This document shows, piece by piece, positions 55,633 through 64,000 of a stretch of DNA of 64,000 nucleotides. The notes beneath the pieces are model-generated. The model worked only from the letters and a program-made list of their open reading frames with translations, did no database searches and was not told the DNA's origin. The stretch comes from Candidatus Caldarchaeum sp. (GTDB lineage: Archaea; Thermoproteota; Nitrososphaeria_A; Caldarchaeales; Caldarchaeaceae), in assembly GCA_038844785.1 (NCBI GenBank), contig JAWBRA010000009.1:3295-67294 (forward strand), read 5' to 3'. Each line of letters starts with the position of its first letter. The stretch's first letter is position 1. A program made the position numbers and the translations under genes.

Positions 55633-56517
55633 TTAGCTTTCCGCTGTGGAGGCCAGAAACTCTATCAACAGCTTGGAAGCAACCGCCGCTGTAGAGCCGT
55701 TGTCGTAAAGCGGGTTTACTTCCATCAGGTCGAAGGCCAAAGGACCATGTTTCCCGATAAAGTGGATCAGGTCGAATAGCTGTTCAGGGGTTATCCCGCC
55801 AGGCTCCGGGTTACCCACACCGGGAGCGTAGCATGGGTCTAAGACATCCAGATCTACGGAGACGTAGAAAGGCCTGTTCTCCGTAATTTCCTTCAGTATC
55901 CTAACAGTCCTAGAAACATCCTTAAGCTCAGAAGACTTGATGAAGATTATGTTTTTCTCCTGAGCGAATTTCATCTCGCTAAGGTCGTATGCCCTGACAC
56001 CTAAGACCACAACTTTTTTGTCGGGCTTTTTCTCAACTAGACGTCTTAGGTATGTTGCATGGTTAAGCTTAAGGCCGCAGTATTCGTCTCTCAGGTCGAA
56101 GTGGGCATCTATGACTATAAGCGCTGATGCCTTCTGTGAAACGGCTAGGAACGCCGCATATGTGAACGTATGCTCGCCGCCCACCATGACAGGGATCTTG
56201 CCTGACTGAGACACGTTTTTGACAACCCTGAAAACACGTTTCAGCATCGTCGACAGCTTGTAGCTGAAGACTATGTCTCCTCCGTCGAAAACCTTCGCGG
56301 CGGCAGCGTCATACGCCACCCTGTAGCTGTTAGACTCGATGTTAGCGCTGAATTTTCTCACGGCTTCGGGACCATACCGAGAGCCTGGTCTGAAAGAGCT
56401 TGTCAAATCATATGGCACGCCGAAGATGAAGTATTTTGCGGCGGTAAAATCGCCGTCAACGCCTAGGAATGTCTCCCTTTGACGAAGGCTCAACCGCATA
56501 TCGTCTTCCAGACTCAT
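55633..56517 (-). CDS. speB: Agmatinase / arginase family (ureohydrolase)
   Basis: 294 aa with Mn-binding motifs GGEHT, DAHFDLRDE and SVDLDVLDP. Confidence 0.8.
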   Translation of the reverse strand: MSLEDDMRLSLRQRETFLGVDGDFTAAKYFIFGVPYDLTSSFRPGSRYGPEAVRKFSANIESNSYRVAYDAAAAKVFDGGDIVFSYKLSTMLKRVFRVVKNVSQSGKIPVMVGGEHTFTYAAFLAVSQKASALIVIDAHFDLRDEYCGLKLNHATYLRRLVEKKPDKKVVVLGVRAYDLSEMKFAQEKNIIFIKSSELKDVSRTVRILKEITENRPFYVSVDLDVLDPCYAPGVGNPEPGGITPEQLFDLIHFIGKHGPLAFDLMEVNPLYDNGSTAAVASKLLIEFLASTAES

Positions 56518-56571
56518 GCGATGTTCTACGAAATATCACTTAAATAGGGTTTATGGCTGCACCATCTAGGG

Positions 56572-58794
56572 ATGCCCTCGGCTAAAACGGCCGCAGTTTT
56601 CTTGTCTGCGGCTGCCGTTCGCCTAGCTTTAGCCCCGTTTTTCGGCCACTCGTGGGATGTTTACGTCTGGCTTAAGAGCGGGGAGCTTTTCTACAATGGG
56701 GTAAACGTGTATGAGATCAAAAGCTTAACCGATTTTCCCTGGGGTTTCTACGCCTACCCGCCTGTATGGCTTTACTGGGTTGGGCTGGTACATTACCTTA
56801 CAACGTCATTGAACAACCTCAACCTACACCTCATGCTGATCAAAACACCGATAATAGCCGCGGACCTAATAGTCGCCGTACTGATCGCCAAGCTCGCAGT
56901 TGAGCTTGGCATGTTGAAGGACGCTGGACGGGCTTCACTTCTCTGGTTGTTCAACCCTCTCGTCATATCCATATCAGCCGTCTGGGGAATGTTCGACTCT
57001 ATTGCGGTGGCGTTCTGCCTAGCCGGAGTTTTGGCTGCTCTCAGAGGAAGTAATTTTCTGGCCGGGGTATTGCTAGGTCTAGGCGGCGCCGTGAAAATCT
57101 ACCCTCTACTAATCCTTGTCCCAACAGCTTTGTTCTTGAGATATGTGAGAAAAAGAAGCTTAAACGAGGTTTTCAAAACAGTTTTGGGTACGGCTGTAGC
57201 GTTCGCGTTACCGATGCTGCCTTTTCTTCAAAACCCACTGCCTATCCTCGACAAGCTGCTTTATCATTTCGGTAACGTTGGCAGCTTCACCTACTGGACT
57301 GTTCTTTCAGTAATCTCACCACCTCCAGCTGTTCCGCTGCTGTCACAGGGGCTTTTCATAATTCTGCTCTACATAACGTTGAGGAAACAGTTGAAAAACA
57401 ACGCTGGGTTGGCTGAGCTCTCCCAAGCCTCTCTGCTTGCCTTCCTAGCTACTTCAGCGAAGGTAAACGTTCAATATGTTCTCTGGGTTCTCCCGTTCCT
57501 GATTCTTTATGCTTTAAGAAAGAACAGCAGAGAATTCAGAATAAACGTTTTGGTACTTATCGTGGGAGGGCTGCTGTTTGTAGTAGCGGCTCAAGCTGCT
57601 TTGGCCATTTTCGACCTGCGGAACCTCGGAAAAATAGTTGTTTCGAAAGAGGTCGAGTCCGCAACCCTCGGAGGCATGGCGCTCATAGTATCAGCTGTCA
57701 TCGGAGGCACTAGGTTCATTACACTTTTCTTAAACATTTTGAGAGAGGGGGGTAAAGCACTATGGAGCATCCAGAGAATAGCCATCATATCTATACTGCT
57801 GATGTTCGTCTTCGTGGTAGGCCTTTTCCCAGCTGGACAAGGTGTTGTAGCCCCTAGAACAAGCGTCCGGGTAGGCGTGATGGAAGGTGTGGAAGCACTC
57901 TACAGCAAATCAGATGAATACGACTCGGGTTTTCTTGTAAGCAAATACAACCTAACCCACATAGTTATTCCTATCGGCCCTGACGGAATTCTTTACGACG
58001 GAGACTATTCGAAAAGTTTCAGGTTTAAGCTCACTAACGATGAGTGGCGGCAGAATGACCTTAGGAAGCTCGCCGACTCGATGAGAAGAGCTGGCGTCAA
58101 ACCCTTGTTGGGCGTTTACCTGAAAGCGTATCACACCACAATACACTATGGCTACCATGGATACAACTCATCCCATTTGATCGAGAACTTTCCAGAATGT
58201 ATTGACGGCTACGGCAACATCAATTTCCAATGTACCCCGTCTAAGATATTGGATTTTGCAGATTATTTCTCTCAGAGAATTGTTGACTCAGCTATTTCCA
58301 TGGGTTTCGAAGGAGTCTACATCATGGGAGTTGGCTGGGACAGAGGAGTGGCTGCTTTAGACAGCCTTCTCATACTTTTGAAAAATCTAATTGTTAAATC
58401 AAGACCATATGGTTTACATGTTTTCTTAGAGTTCGACCCTATGAGCTATAAAAACCCCCTTACTTTCATGAATTCGGCTGAGGAGTTGCTTAACTACGTC
58501 GACTACGTTGTTTTAGTAACCAATCCGTTTTTAAGGTCGGTGAAGGGCCCGGCTATAGGAAATTACACTACCGCTGATTTTAAGAGGCTTTTGGAGAAAG
58601 CCGTGGAGATGTCGTCTGCGAAAAGAGCTAGAGTGCTCTTTACGATAAACGTGATGGACATAGCCGAGGGATGGATGACCCCCGCCATTCAACTACAGAC
58701 TGAAATCAACGAGTTTTCAACTGTCAAGGGAGTGGCTGGCTATGCGGTATATCATGTAAGCAGGTATCTACCTGTTAAGATATCTGTCAAATGA
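56572..58794 (+). CDS. GT-C-like polytopic membrane glycosyltransferase-like protein with large C-terminal soluble domain
   Basis: 740 aa. The first about 420 aa have 10 or more TM helices, with an acidic residue in the first loop (SWDVYVW). The C-terminal roughly 300 aa are soluble and TIM-barrel-like. Assignment to GT-C is by overall architecture only. Confidence 0.4.
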   Translation: MPSAKTAAVFLSAAAVRLALAPFFGHSWDVYVWLKSGELFYNGVNVYEIKSLTDFPWGFYAYPPVWLYWVGLVHYLTTSLNNLNLHLMLIKTPIIAADLIVAVLIAKLAVELGMLKDAGRASLLWLFNPLVISISAVWGMFDSIAVAFCLAGVLAALRGSNFLAGVLLGLGGAVKIYPLLILVPTALFLRYVRKRSLNEVFKTVLGTAVAFALPMLPFLQNPLPILDKLLYHFGNVGSFTYWTVLSVISPPPAVPLLSQGLFIILLYITLRKQLKNNAGLAELSQASLLAFLATSAKVNVQYVLWVLPFLILYALRKNSREFRINVLVLIVGGLLFVVAAQAALAIFDLRNLGKIVVSKEVESATLGGMALIVSAVIGGTRFITLFLNILREGGKALWSIQRIAIISILLMFVFVVGLFPAGQGVVAPRTSVRVGVMEGVEALYSKSDEYDSGFLVSKYNLTHIVIPIGPDGILYDGDYSKSFRFKLTNDEWRQNDLRKLADSMRRAGVKPLLGVYLKAYHTTIHYGYHGYNSSHLIENFPECIDGYGNINFQCTPSKILDFADYFSQRIVDSAISMGFEGVYIMGVGWDRGVAALDSLLILLKNLIVKSRPYGLHVFLEFDPMSYKNPLTFMNSAEELLNYVDYVVLVTNPFLRSVKGPAIGNYTTADFKRLLEKAVEMSSAKRARVLFTINVMDIAEGWMTPAIQLQTEINEFSTVKGVAGYAVYHVSRYLPVKISVK

Positions 58795-59250
58795 CTAAAT
58801 GGTTTCCGGCGGGATTCGCCGCCAAACGGGAATTTGGGGGTAGGCGTTTCCTAAACGGTCAACAACCGCCGAGCCTATGTAGAAGCGTTTGTATCTTCCC
58901 AGCAGAACTTTTTCTTTCTTGCCGACTTTCACCGGCCCCCCTTTCATCCACATGAGAGCTTGCTCCCTGCTCAGGTCCACAACCACTGATTCGTCTACTT
59001 TTGATAGAAACATGCATCCTTCCACCGTCAAGGTTGTGAAATCTTTTCTTCTTTTCGCGATGTAGAGCCCAACATTCTGGACGCCCGGCATCCTTAACGC
59101 AGTTTCATAAGTTTCTTTGGTCGTGGCTCTGATTTTGTTTTCGCCCATCTGGACAAGCACTAGGTTGTTTATGTTCAGCCGGCATTTCAGCGAGCTGTAT
59201 ACATCTTCCAAGAACCTGCTCCTGTTATTGTTGTCGAGTGTCTTTAGCAT
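58795..59250 (-). CDS. Hypothetical protein, possibly PUA/NIP7-like RNA-binding
   Basis: 151 aa. Sits directly downstream of the Nop2/Sun methyltransferase gene, 1 nt from it. The PUA-like assignment is tentative. Confidence 0.35.
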   Translation of the reverse strand: MLKTLDNNNRSRFLEDVYSSLKCRLNINNLVLVQMGENKIRATTKETYETALRMPGVQNVGLYIAKRRKDFTTLTVEGCMFLSKVDESVVVDLSREQALMWMKGGPVKVGKKEKVLLGRYKRFYIGSAVVDRLGNAYPQIPVWRRIPPETI

Positions 59251-59251
59251 G

Positions 59252-60217
59252 TTAGTCAGCTTTTTTCGTTATTTTAGCTATGAAAAAACCTTCCGCACCG
59301 CTTTGGAATGTGTGTATTCTGACGGCTTTCTTTACCTCGTCTCTGAAGCTTAGCTCCTTCCAGCTTTCCACACCATGGCTAAAACTTATGCCATCAATCT
59401 TTATGTCTAGCAAGGACGCGTTTTCAAACTTGTCTAAGAGTGATGAAACCACAGCCTCGTTCTCCAAGGGATGGTAGGTGCAGGTGGCGTAAATCAGTTC
59501 TCCCCCGGGCTTCAGGGCTCTGAACCCTGAAAACAGTAGGGCTTTCTGAAGCTTGCCCATCCTTTCAGAGAGCTTACTGCTCCAGTTCTTCAAAACACGC
59601 CAATCTTTTGCACCCACTCCCAGCGAGCTGCATGGCGCGTCAACAAGCACCTTATCAAAATACTCTTGCATCTTGAAGCCTATGTATCTGCCGTCCGACA
59701 ACGTGACGACGCAATTTAGCACACCACAGCGTTGAAGGTTTGAGGTGAGCGCTTTAATCCTTGTTCTTGAAACATCGTTAGCGACCAGAACGCCTTCTCC
59801 GGCTAGGTTTTGTCCTATCTGGGTGGATTTGCTTCCGGGGGCTGCGCAGAGGTCAAGGACGCGTTCCCCAGGCTTGACGTCAAGCAAGTCTGCTACAAGC
59901 ATTGACACGGGGCCTTGGATGTACACCAGTCCCAGCATGTGCCAGAGAGAGGTTGATAGACGTCCGGGCGGCTCGGCGTAGAATCCTAGCTTAGTCCACG
60001 GAACATGTTTAGCTTCCACACCGTCCTCAGCCAGCAAGCTCAAACACTCCCTCACAGTTGTCTTCAAAGTGTTGACTCTAAACGTCTCAGGAAGTGGTTT
60101 CGAATATGTTTCAATCAGCTCGTCGAAATGCTCGGGTATAAACTCGTTTATGAAGAGCTTTAGTTCCTCGCTCAAGCCGGGTTTCATTTTAAGACCTCCC
60201 CGGTGTAGACAGCCCAC
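59252..60217 (-). CDS. NOL1/NOP2/Sun family RNA m5C methyltransferase
   Basis: 321 aa with the SAM motif VLDLCAAPGSKSTQI and catalytic Cys motifs DAPCSSLG and TCT. Confidence 0.85.
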   Translation of the reverse strand: MGCLHRGGLKMKPGLSEELKLFINEFIPEHFDELIETYSKPLPETFRVNTLKTTVRECLSLLAEDGVEAKHVPWTKLGFYAEPPGRLSTSLWHMLGLVYIQGPVSMLVADLLDVKPGERVLDLCAAPGSKSTQIGQNLAGEGVLVANDVSRTRIKALTSNLQRCGVLNCVVTLSDGRYIGFKMQEYFDKVLVDAPCSSLGVGAKDWRVLKNWSSKLSERMGKLQKALLFSGFRALKPGGELIYATCTYHPLENEAVVSSLLDKFENASLLDIKIDGISFSHGVESWKELSFRDEVKKAVRIHTFQSGAEGFFIAKITKKAD

Positions 60218-60813
60218 ACAAGAAGGTCCAGCTCAGCTGGGCTTAATCCATATTTTCCCGCCTGTTCGATAAATTTTTTCTCCAGCTGAAGATACTGTTT
60301 TTTGGTTATGTTTCTGACCTTTCTTTTGACAATTCCTTGGGTCTGAAGGAATTTCAAGATATGTCTGTCGATAATTGCCACATTTTCGTAGCCTATGTTT
60401 CTCAGGAAGTGGCTTGCTTCTTTCATCCCAAGTCCTTTGACGTTTTCAACGAGAAAATCCCTTAACATATCCGGCTTTTGATTTTGGCTTTCGTTTATTT
60501 TATCGATTATTGCCGGGAAAATTTTAAAAACAGACATTATATTTTCCGCCTTTTTTCTATGAAAACGTACTCCAGACCTTCGTAAGATTTCGGATATTCG
60601 TGGCAAGTCTGGTTTTGTCAGAAGACCCTTGTCCCTCATCTCTTCCACGGCTTTTAAAGCATTTCGTGCTTTAGTCTGGGGTGTGCACAAACAGAAGACC
60701 AGCTCCTCCAAAATTGTTTGAGGATTTTTACGGGTTTCCCTAAAGCTTTGCAGAGCGTTTAAAATAGACTGCTTAAATTTTTCATATTCTTTGGCAAGCC
60801 AGCTCGTTTTCAA
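60184..60813 (-). CDS. ogg: 8-oxoguanine DNA glycosylase / AP lyase (archaeal Ogg2-type, HhH-GPD)
   Basis: 209 aa with an HhH-GPD element carrying the catalytic Lys and Asp (GLGMKEASHFLRNIGYENVAIIDRH). Confidence 0.75.
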   Translation of the reverse strand: MKTSWLAKEYEKFKQSILNALQSFRETRKNPQTILEELVFCLCTPQTKARNALKAVEEMRDKGLLTKPDLPRISEILRRSGVRFHRKKAENIMSVFKIFPAIIDKINESQNQKPDMLRDFLVENVKGLGMKEASHFLRNIGYENVAIIDRHILKFLQTQGIVKRKVRNITKKQYLQLEKKFIEQAGKYGLSPAELDLLVWAVYTGEVLK

Positions 60814-62275
60814 GCCTATGGTATTTCGACTGCCGGTTTTTAAAAAATCGTTTTGTCACTCCCATCGTTTGAAGTGTGCTGGCCCTGACTTTAACCATCA
60901 AAGGTATGTCTGACACCATCTTCCCCATCAGGAGACAATGGCGTGCAGGCATTTTTTTGACAAGAGTTTTAACCGTTTCGGCGTCTATTTTTGAAACCCT
61001 TGCTATTTTCTCAAGGTCTCCATCGTTGGTGAAGTTGAAGAGGAAAATGTTGTCCGACTGTCTGTAGACGAGCTCAGGTATTGTGTCGGGCTGGTTGGTG
61101 ACGAAAATTGGGAAGAGGCCAATGTGTCTCATTCTGGTGACTATGTCCTCCCAGTAGGTTTCACGGAGATAGAGATGGGCTTCTTCAGCCAGCAGAAATA
61201 AGGGCTCCAGCCTGTTTTGACCCAGGAGCGTTGATAGATGGCTAAGCAGATATTCCACGACAAGCCTCCTAACGCTTGGTAGTAGGTTTGAAAGGTTGAC
61301 CACGGCAACGTTTCCGCATGGCCTAGACGACAAAACCTCTTCCAAGTCAGTCGAACAATCCTCGTCTATAAACCCCGATGACCTGATGCTTTGAAGCCTA
61401 GATAAGAGAGCGTCTCTAACAGCCTCGTTAATCTGCTCTCGTTCAACGGCATCCATCAACGCATCTACAGTAATATTTACCCCTCTCTTTTCCACTCTTC
61501 GCCATAATCTTGCAAGCTCTCTCAAACTCGTGGAAGGAGTTCCGTAAACATGCTCTAAAACATCTAGAAACGTCTTCAACCCCATAGCCTGCAAAGATGT
61601 CTTGAAGTTCACGCCGGGCTGCAAGACTTGGATGGATGAAGCAAGTTGGCTAGGGTTGCCGTCAACTGTCCTGTCTAAGCACAAGTACTCACCGTTCACG
61701 TCAAGCACGAGTACGGTTCCGCCGTTGGCGGCGATGCCTTCAACAAGAATCTTTGCCAAATGTGATTTTCCACTCTCTTTCTTCCCAGTGATTATGGTTA
61801 GACAGCCGTCTAGGCTGGTTAAAGAGATGGAGTATGGTAGGCCGCCCACCATGCCTATCTCGACTTTGAGCCCATGGTCTTCGTTTGAAGTAATGTTTTG
61901 GAGAAAATCTGTCGAGGCTTTCTCGAATGTAGCTGAAAAGCGGCTTGGAAGCCAGGGGGAGTTTTGCTTCAACGATTGTTTACTGAGTATCGCTCTTATT
62001 TTCGCGGTGACGAGCCTCATCTCCTTCATCAGCATAGCTATGGAGGCTGTGTTGTAGAGGTCGAGAACGTTTGCTCCATCAACCTCTTGCATGACAAGGT
62101 CGCGGAGAAGCTCCTCCAGTGTTCCTGGAAGATCAGGATACGAGACGTCGATAACCTGCAGAAGCAATGAGCGGTCGTCTTGGCTGACCTTTAGATAATC
62201 TCCTATCTCGAAATCCAGCTCGGTTGGAACGCAGAGTATCTCCAAAGTGTCGCCTTTCTTCTGAAGGATTCTCAT
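60782..62275 (-). CDS. herA: HerA-like (DUF87/FtsK-HerA superfamily) ATPase
   Basis: 497 aa with Walker A (ITGKKESGKSH) and a Walker B of the hhhhEEAH type (FLLAEEAHLY). An N-terminal beta-barrel-like region is present. The nurA-like gene lies directly upstream. Confidence 0.55.
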   Translation of the reverse strand: MRILQKKGDTLEILCVPTELDFEIGDYLKVSQDDRSLLLQVIDVSYPDLPGTLEELLRDLVMQEVDGANVLDLYNTASIAMLMKEMRLVTAKIRAILSKQSLKQNSPWLPSRFSATFEKASTDFLQNITSNEDHGLKVEIGMVGGLPYSISLTSLDGCLTIITGKKESGKSHLAKILVEGIAANGGTVLVLDVNGEYLCLDRTVDGNPSQLASSIQVLQPGVNFKTSLQAMGLKTFLDVLEHVYGTPSTSLRELARLWRRVEKRGVNITVDALMDAVEREQINEAVRDALLSRLQSIRSSGFIDEDCSTDLEEVLSSRPCGNVAVVNLSNLLPSVRRLVVEYLLSHLSTLLGQNRLEPLFLLAEEAHLYLRETYWEDIVTRMRHIGLFPIFVTNQPDTIPELVYRQSDNIFLFNFTNDGDLEKIARVSKIDAETVKTLVKKMPARHCLLMGKMVSDIPLMVKVRASTLQTMGVTKRFFKNRQSKYHRLENELACQRI

Positions 62276-62281
62276 AGCGCA

Positions 62282-63313
62282 TCACCCCTCTAACGGGGCA
62301 AAGATCGTTGACCTGACATCAACGCTTGAAGAAAATTTTAGCTTAACAAGAGACTCTAGGCTTGCGCGGATGCCTAGCACGTCCATCCACCTGAGTTTCG
62401 CAAGCTGGTGGGCTATGATAAGTGATTCTGGATAGCCGTGGATTACGTTTTCGCTGGAGAGGATATGTCGGAAGACATCCTCATCGCTTGTTTTGGACGC
62501 CACGTCAACACGGAATGGGAAAAGAGAGTGTGACAGATGCGAGACGTAAACGGAGCCGTTCACCCCCCATGCTCTAGAGCTGGACAAAGGAAGCCTTATG
62601 ACATATGGTGGTCTGCATTTACCTGCGAAATAGGTTATCCTCCGCCCGAGAAACATGAGCGTTGTTGACTTCGAGAAAGCCGCAATGCCGATCCCGAAAG
62701 TTTTTGCGGACTCAACTATTTTCTCAACAGCAGCCGGTGGGCTGTCCAAAGGACCTGAGGTGAGTGCGCCGTCGAGCAGGAGGACTCCTCCCTTAAGACA
62801 TGTAGCGGCGTAAACCTGCAACACTTTCTCAAAGAGATTGCTAATAACTTTCGGGGCGGCCGACAGCTCTACGAACCTCCGCCCCCTCTCAAGCCCCAAA
62901 TACATGAACAAAACATCGATTATTTTCTCCACCGTGGTTTTTGATACTGTGTAGACAAAGGGGCCGACGACAGCTGCTTTCACCAATCCTTCCTCCCTTA
63001 CCACAATGCTTCCCCTCACAGCCCACACGCTTCCACGGGACGTGTCGGCTATCTTGACCGTCGACATGTCGCAGGCGACGACGGGCAGGCTCTTTTCAGC
63101 GGGGGTTAAAATAATTGTCTCAAGGCCATCCGCTAAGGGGTTGTCTAACAACATGTCAATTGGTTCTTCGTTTTCAGGCATGGGGTGGTATGCCTCGATG
63201 TTGCGTAGGACTGTGACCGTGTCCAAGGTGACTGAAGAAAATGTTTTTAGAAGGTTTGTCAGCTCATCATAAGGAGGTAATTGGTGAAGGGTTTGGTTGT
63301 TCATCTTGAACAC
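62282..63313 (-). CDS. nurA: NurA-like nuclease
   Basis: 343 aa with acidic motifs compatible with the RNase-H-like NurA fold (VVACDMS and VLLLDGALT). Tightly linked to the HerA-like gene, 6 nt apart. Confidence 0.45.
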   Translation of the reverse strand: MFKMNNQTLHQLPPYDELTNLLKTFSSVTLDTVTVLRNIEAYHPMPENEEPIDMLLDNPLADGLETIILTPAEKSLPVVACDMSTVKIADTSRGSVWAVRGSIVVREEGLVKAAVVGPFVYTVSKTTVEKIIDVLFMYLGLERGRRFVELSAAPKVISNLFEKVLQVYAATCLKGGVLLLDGALTSGPLDSPPAAVEKIVESAKTFGIGIAAFSKSTTLMFLGRRITYFAGKCRPPYVIRLPLSSSRAWGVNGSVYVSHLSHSLFPFRVDVASKTSDEDVFRHILSSENVIHGYPESLIIAHQLAKLRWMDVLGIRASLESLVKLKFSSSVDVRSTIFAPLEG

Positions 63314-63384
63314 CAGCTCCTACAAAACGCGTCAATATGCTTGAATATAAATGTTGCTCAACATGACCAAATTGGTGAAACAAA

Positions 63385-63798
63385 TTGAGTCAAGCAAAAA
63401 TAAAAATAACAATAGGAAACACAACCGTAGAAGTAGAAGCACCCATCGAAAAACTGGAAGAGGCAGTTCGGAACGTGCTCAACGCGTTGAAGGCATCCGA
63501 CCAAGCGCAGCAGCCAAAGCCTGCCCAGCAGAGAAAGGCGATAACCTGCAGGAAAGCTGTGGAGGAACTGGTGAAGGCGGGATGGATGAAAACAGGGCGA
63601 ACCCTCTCCGAGGTGGTGGCAGAGCTGGAAAGGCGGGGCTTCTTTTACGACACGACGGCAGTCGCCCACGTTCTGCTGGACCTTGTAAGGTCTGGAGTTC
63701 TCGAGAGGGTGGGTGAGACAAGAAGATACGTTTACACCGAGGCCTCTAAAGCGGTCTTGGAGAAAACTCAAACAGAGGCCGACGACTCTGCTAAATAG
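63385..63798 (+). CDS. Hypothetical protein with C-terminal winged-helix domain
   Basis: 137 aa with a TTG start. The C-terminal half is wHTH-like (RTLSEVVAELERRGFFYDTTAVAHVLLDLVRSGVLERVGETRRYVYT). Confidence 0.5.
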   Translation: MSQAKIKITIGNTTVEVEAPIEKLEEAVRNVLNALKASDQAQQPKPAQQRKAITCRKAVEELVKAGWMKTGRTLSEVVAELERRGFFYDTTAVAHVLLDLVRSGVLERVGETRRYVYTEASKAVLEKTQTEADDSAK

Positions 63799-64000
63799 TT
63801 TAGGCCCAAGACAGTGATTACGTAACCGCCTCTTCCAACCCTTTTCAGAAAGTTTTTTTGAACAAGCTCGGTCAGCCTGCCCGATATTGTTTTTTCGGGC
63901 TTCGCCATTACGTCCGCAAACTCTGAAGACGTGCATTCTGGCTTCTCGACAAACCCGAGGAGATGGCTGAGGTAGCGTGCGCTGGCATAAAGGAGAATAG
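63768..64000 (-). CDS. Partial gene (3' end) for a winged-helix protein, continues beyond window
   Basis: The open frame entering from the window end is ...EFADVMAKPEKTISGRLTELVQKNFLKRVGRGGYVITVLGLNYLAESSASV*. This has a wHTH-like pattern and overlaps the convergent upstream gene by about 30 nt. Confidence 0.35.
   Translation of the reverse strand, partial: ILLYASARYLSHLLGFVEKPECTSSEFADVMAKPEKTISGRLTELVQKNFLKRVGRGGYVITVLGLNYLAESSASV

Noticed and set aside
63358-63936. 192-aa minus-strand ORF overlapping the plus-strand wHTH gene.
   Set aside because: The translation is Cys/Arg/Leu-rich with no domain-like pattern. The plus-strand frame and a different minus-strand frame at the window edge both give coherent wHTH-like sequences.
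1-64000. Searched for CRISPR arrays, rRNA genes, IS elements and recognisable integrase or transposase genes.
   Set aside because: No direct repeats of 24-40 nt were noticed at a regular spacing. There are no rRNA signature blocks and no tyrosine or serine recombinase or DDE motifs. The only mobile-element-like signal is the tRNA 5' duplication, which is reported separately.

Overview
This 64 kb window is a gene-dense archaeal chromosome segment (about 52% GC, hexapeptide-rich and thermophile-like). Genes commonly overlap by 4 to 30 nt, which points to translational coupling.

Ordinary content, by function:
- Central metabolism: pyruvate:ferredoxin oxidoreductase subunits porDAB, citrate synthase, and the archaeal mevalonate-entry trio of HMG-CoA synthase, thiolase and a DUF35 scaffold protein.
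- Transport: a branched-chain amino acid ABC transporter (livKGFHM) and an MFS transporter.
- Respiration: an aa3-type heme-copper oxidase cluster (coxA, coxB, small subunits and a short 4-TM heme A synthase), and Complex I genes dispersed as nuoA-nuoH, a nuoI carrying a large insertion, and nuoB-C-D.
- Cofactors: ThiDN with a ThiW-like ECF S component, RibL next to an RbkR-type riboflavin kinase, and an NMN adenylyltransferase.
- Informational genes: GlyRS, family-B DNA polymerase, Dpo4, Pth2, RtcA, diphthine synthase, a Nop2/Sun methyltransferase, Ogg, and a HerA/NurA-like pair.
- Also a proteasome beta subunit, a rhomboid protease and agmatinase.

The standout locus lies at about 22.6 to 28.3 kb and is a compact eukaryote-like ubiquitylation cassette. 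A pro-ubiquitin carries a 9-residue extension after the Gly-Gly. It is followed by an E2 (UBC fold, HPN motif, C-x-W-S-P active site), an E1 (ThiF/MoeB fold with two CxxC pairs and a C-terminal ubiquitin-fold domain) and a small C4HC3 RING-like zinc finger. These four genes overlap one another. An Rpn11-like JAMM metalloprotease (H-x-H-x7-S-x2-D motif) is encoded divergently. The arrangement closely matches the Ub-E1-E2-RING-Rpn11 operon reported for Candidatus Caldiarchaeum subterraneum (Aigarchaeota).

Several elements in this locus are not part of that canonical description. One is a second, membrane-anchored protein with 4 TM helices whose C-terminal zinc finger uses exactly the same C4HC3 spacing as the small RING protein. 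Three others are strongly coiled-coil proteins that flank the cassette.

Other points worth a second look:
- An intron-containing tRNA-Lys(UUU) whose 5' 21 nt are duplicated 2.1 kb upstream, which resembles an att site.
- That duplication brackets an ORF-poor, GC-rich, hairpin-rich segment of about 1 kb plus an orphan ORF.
- A candidate C/D box sRNA in a convergent intergenic gap.
- A NuoI homologue with an insertion of about 150 aa between its two [4Fe-4S] motifs.

No CRISPR array and no rRNA genes were found.
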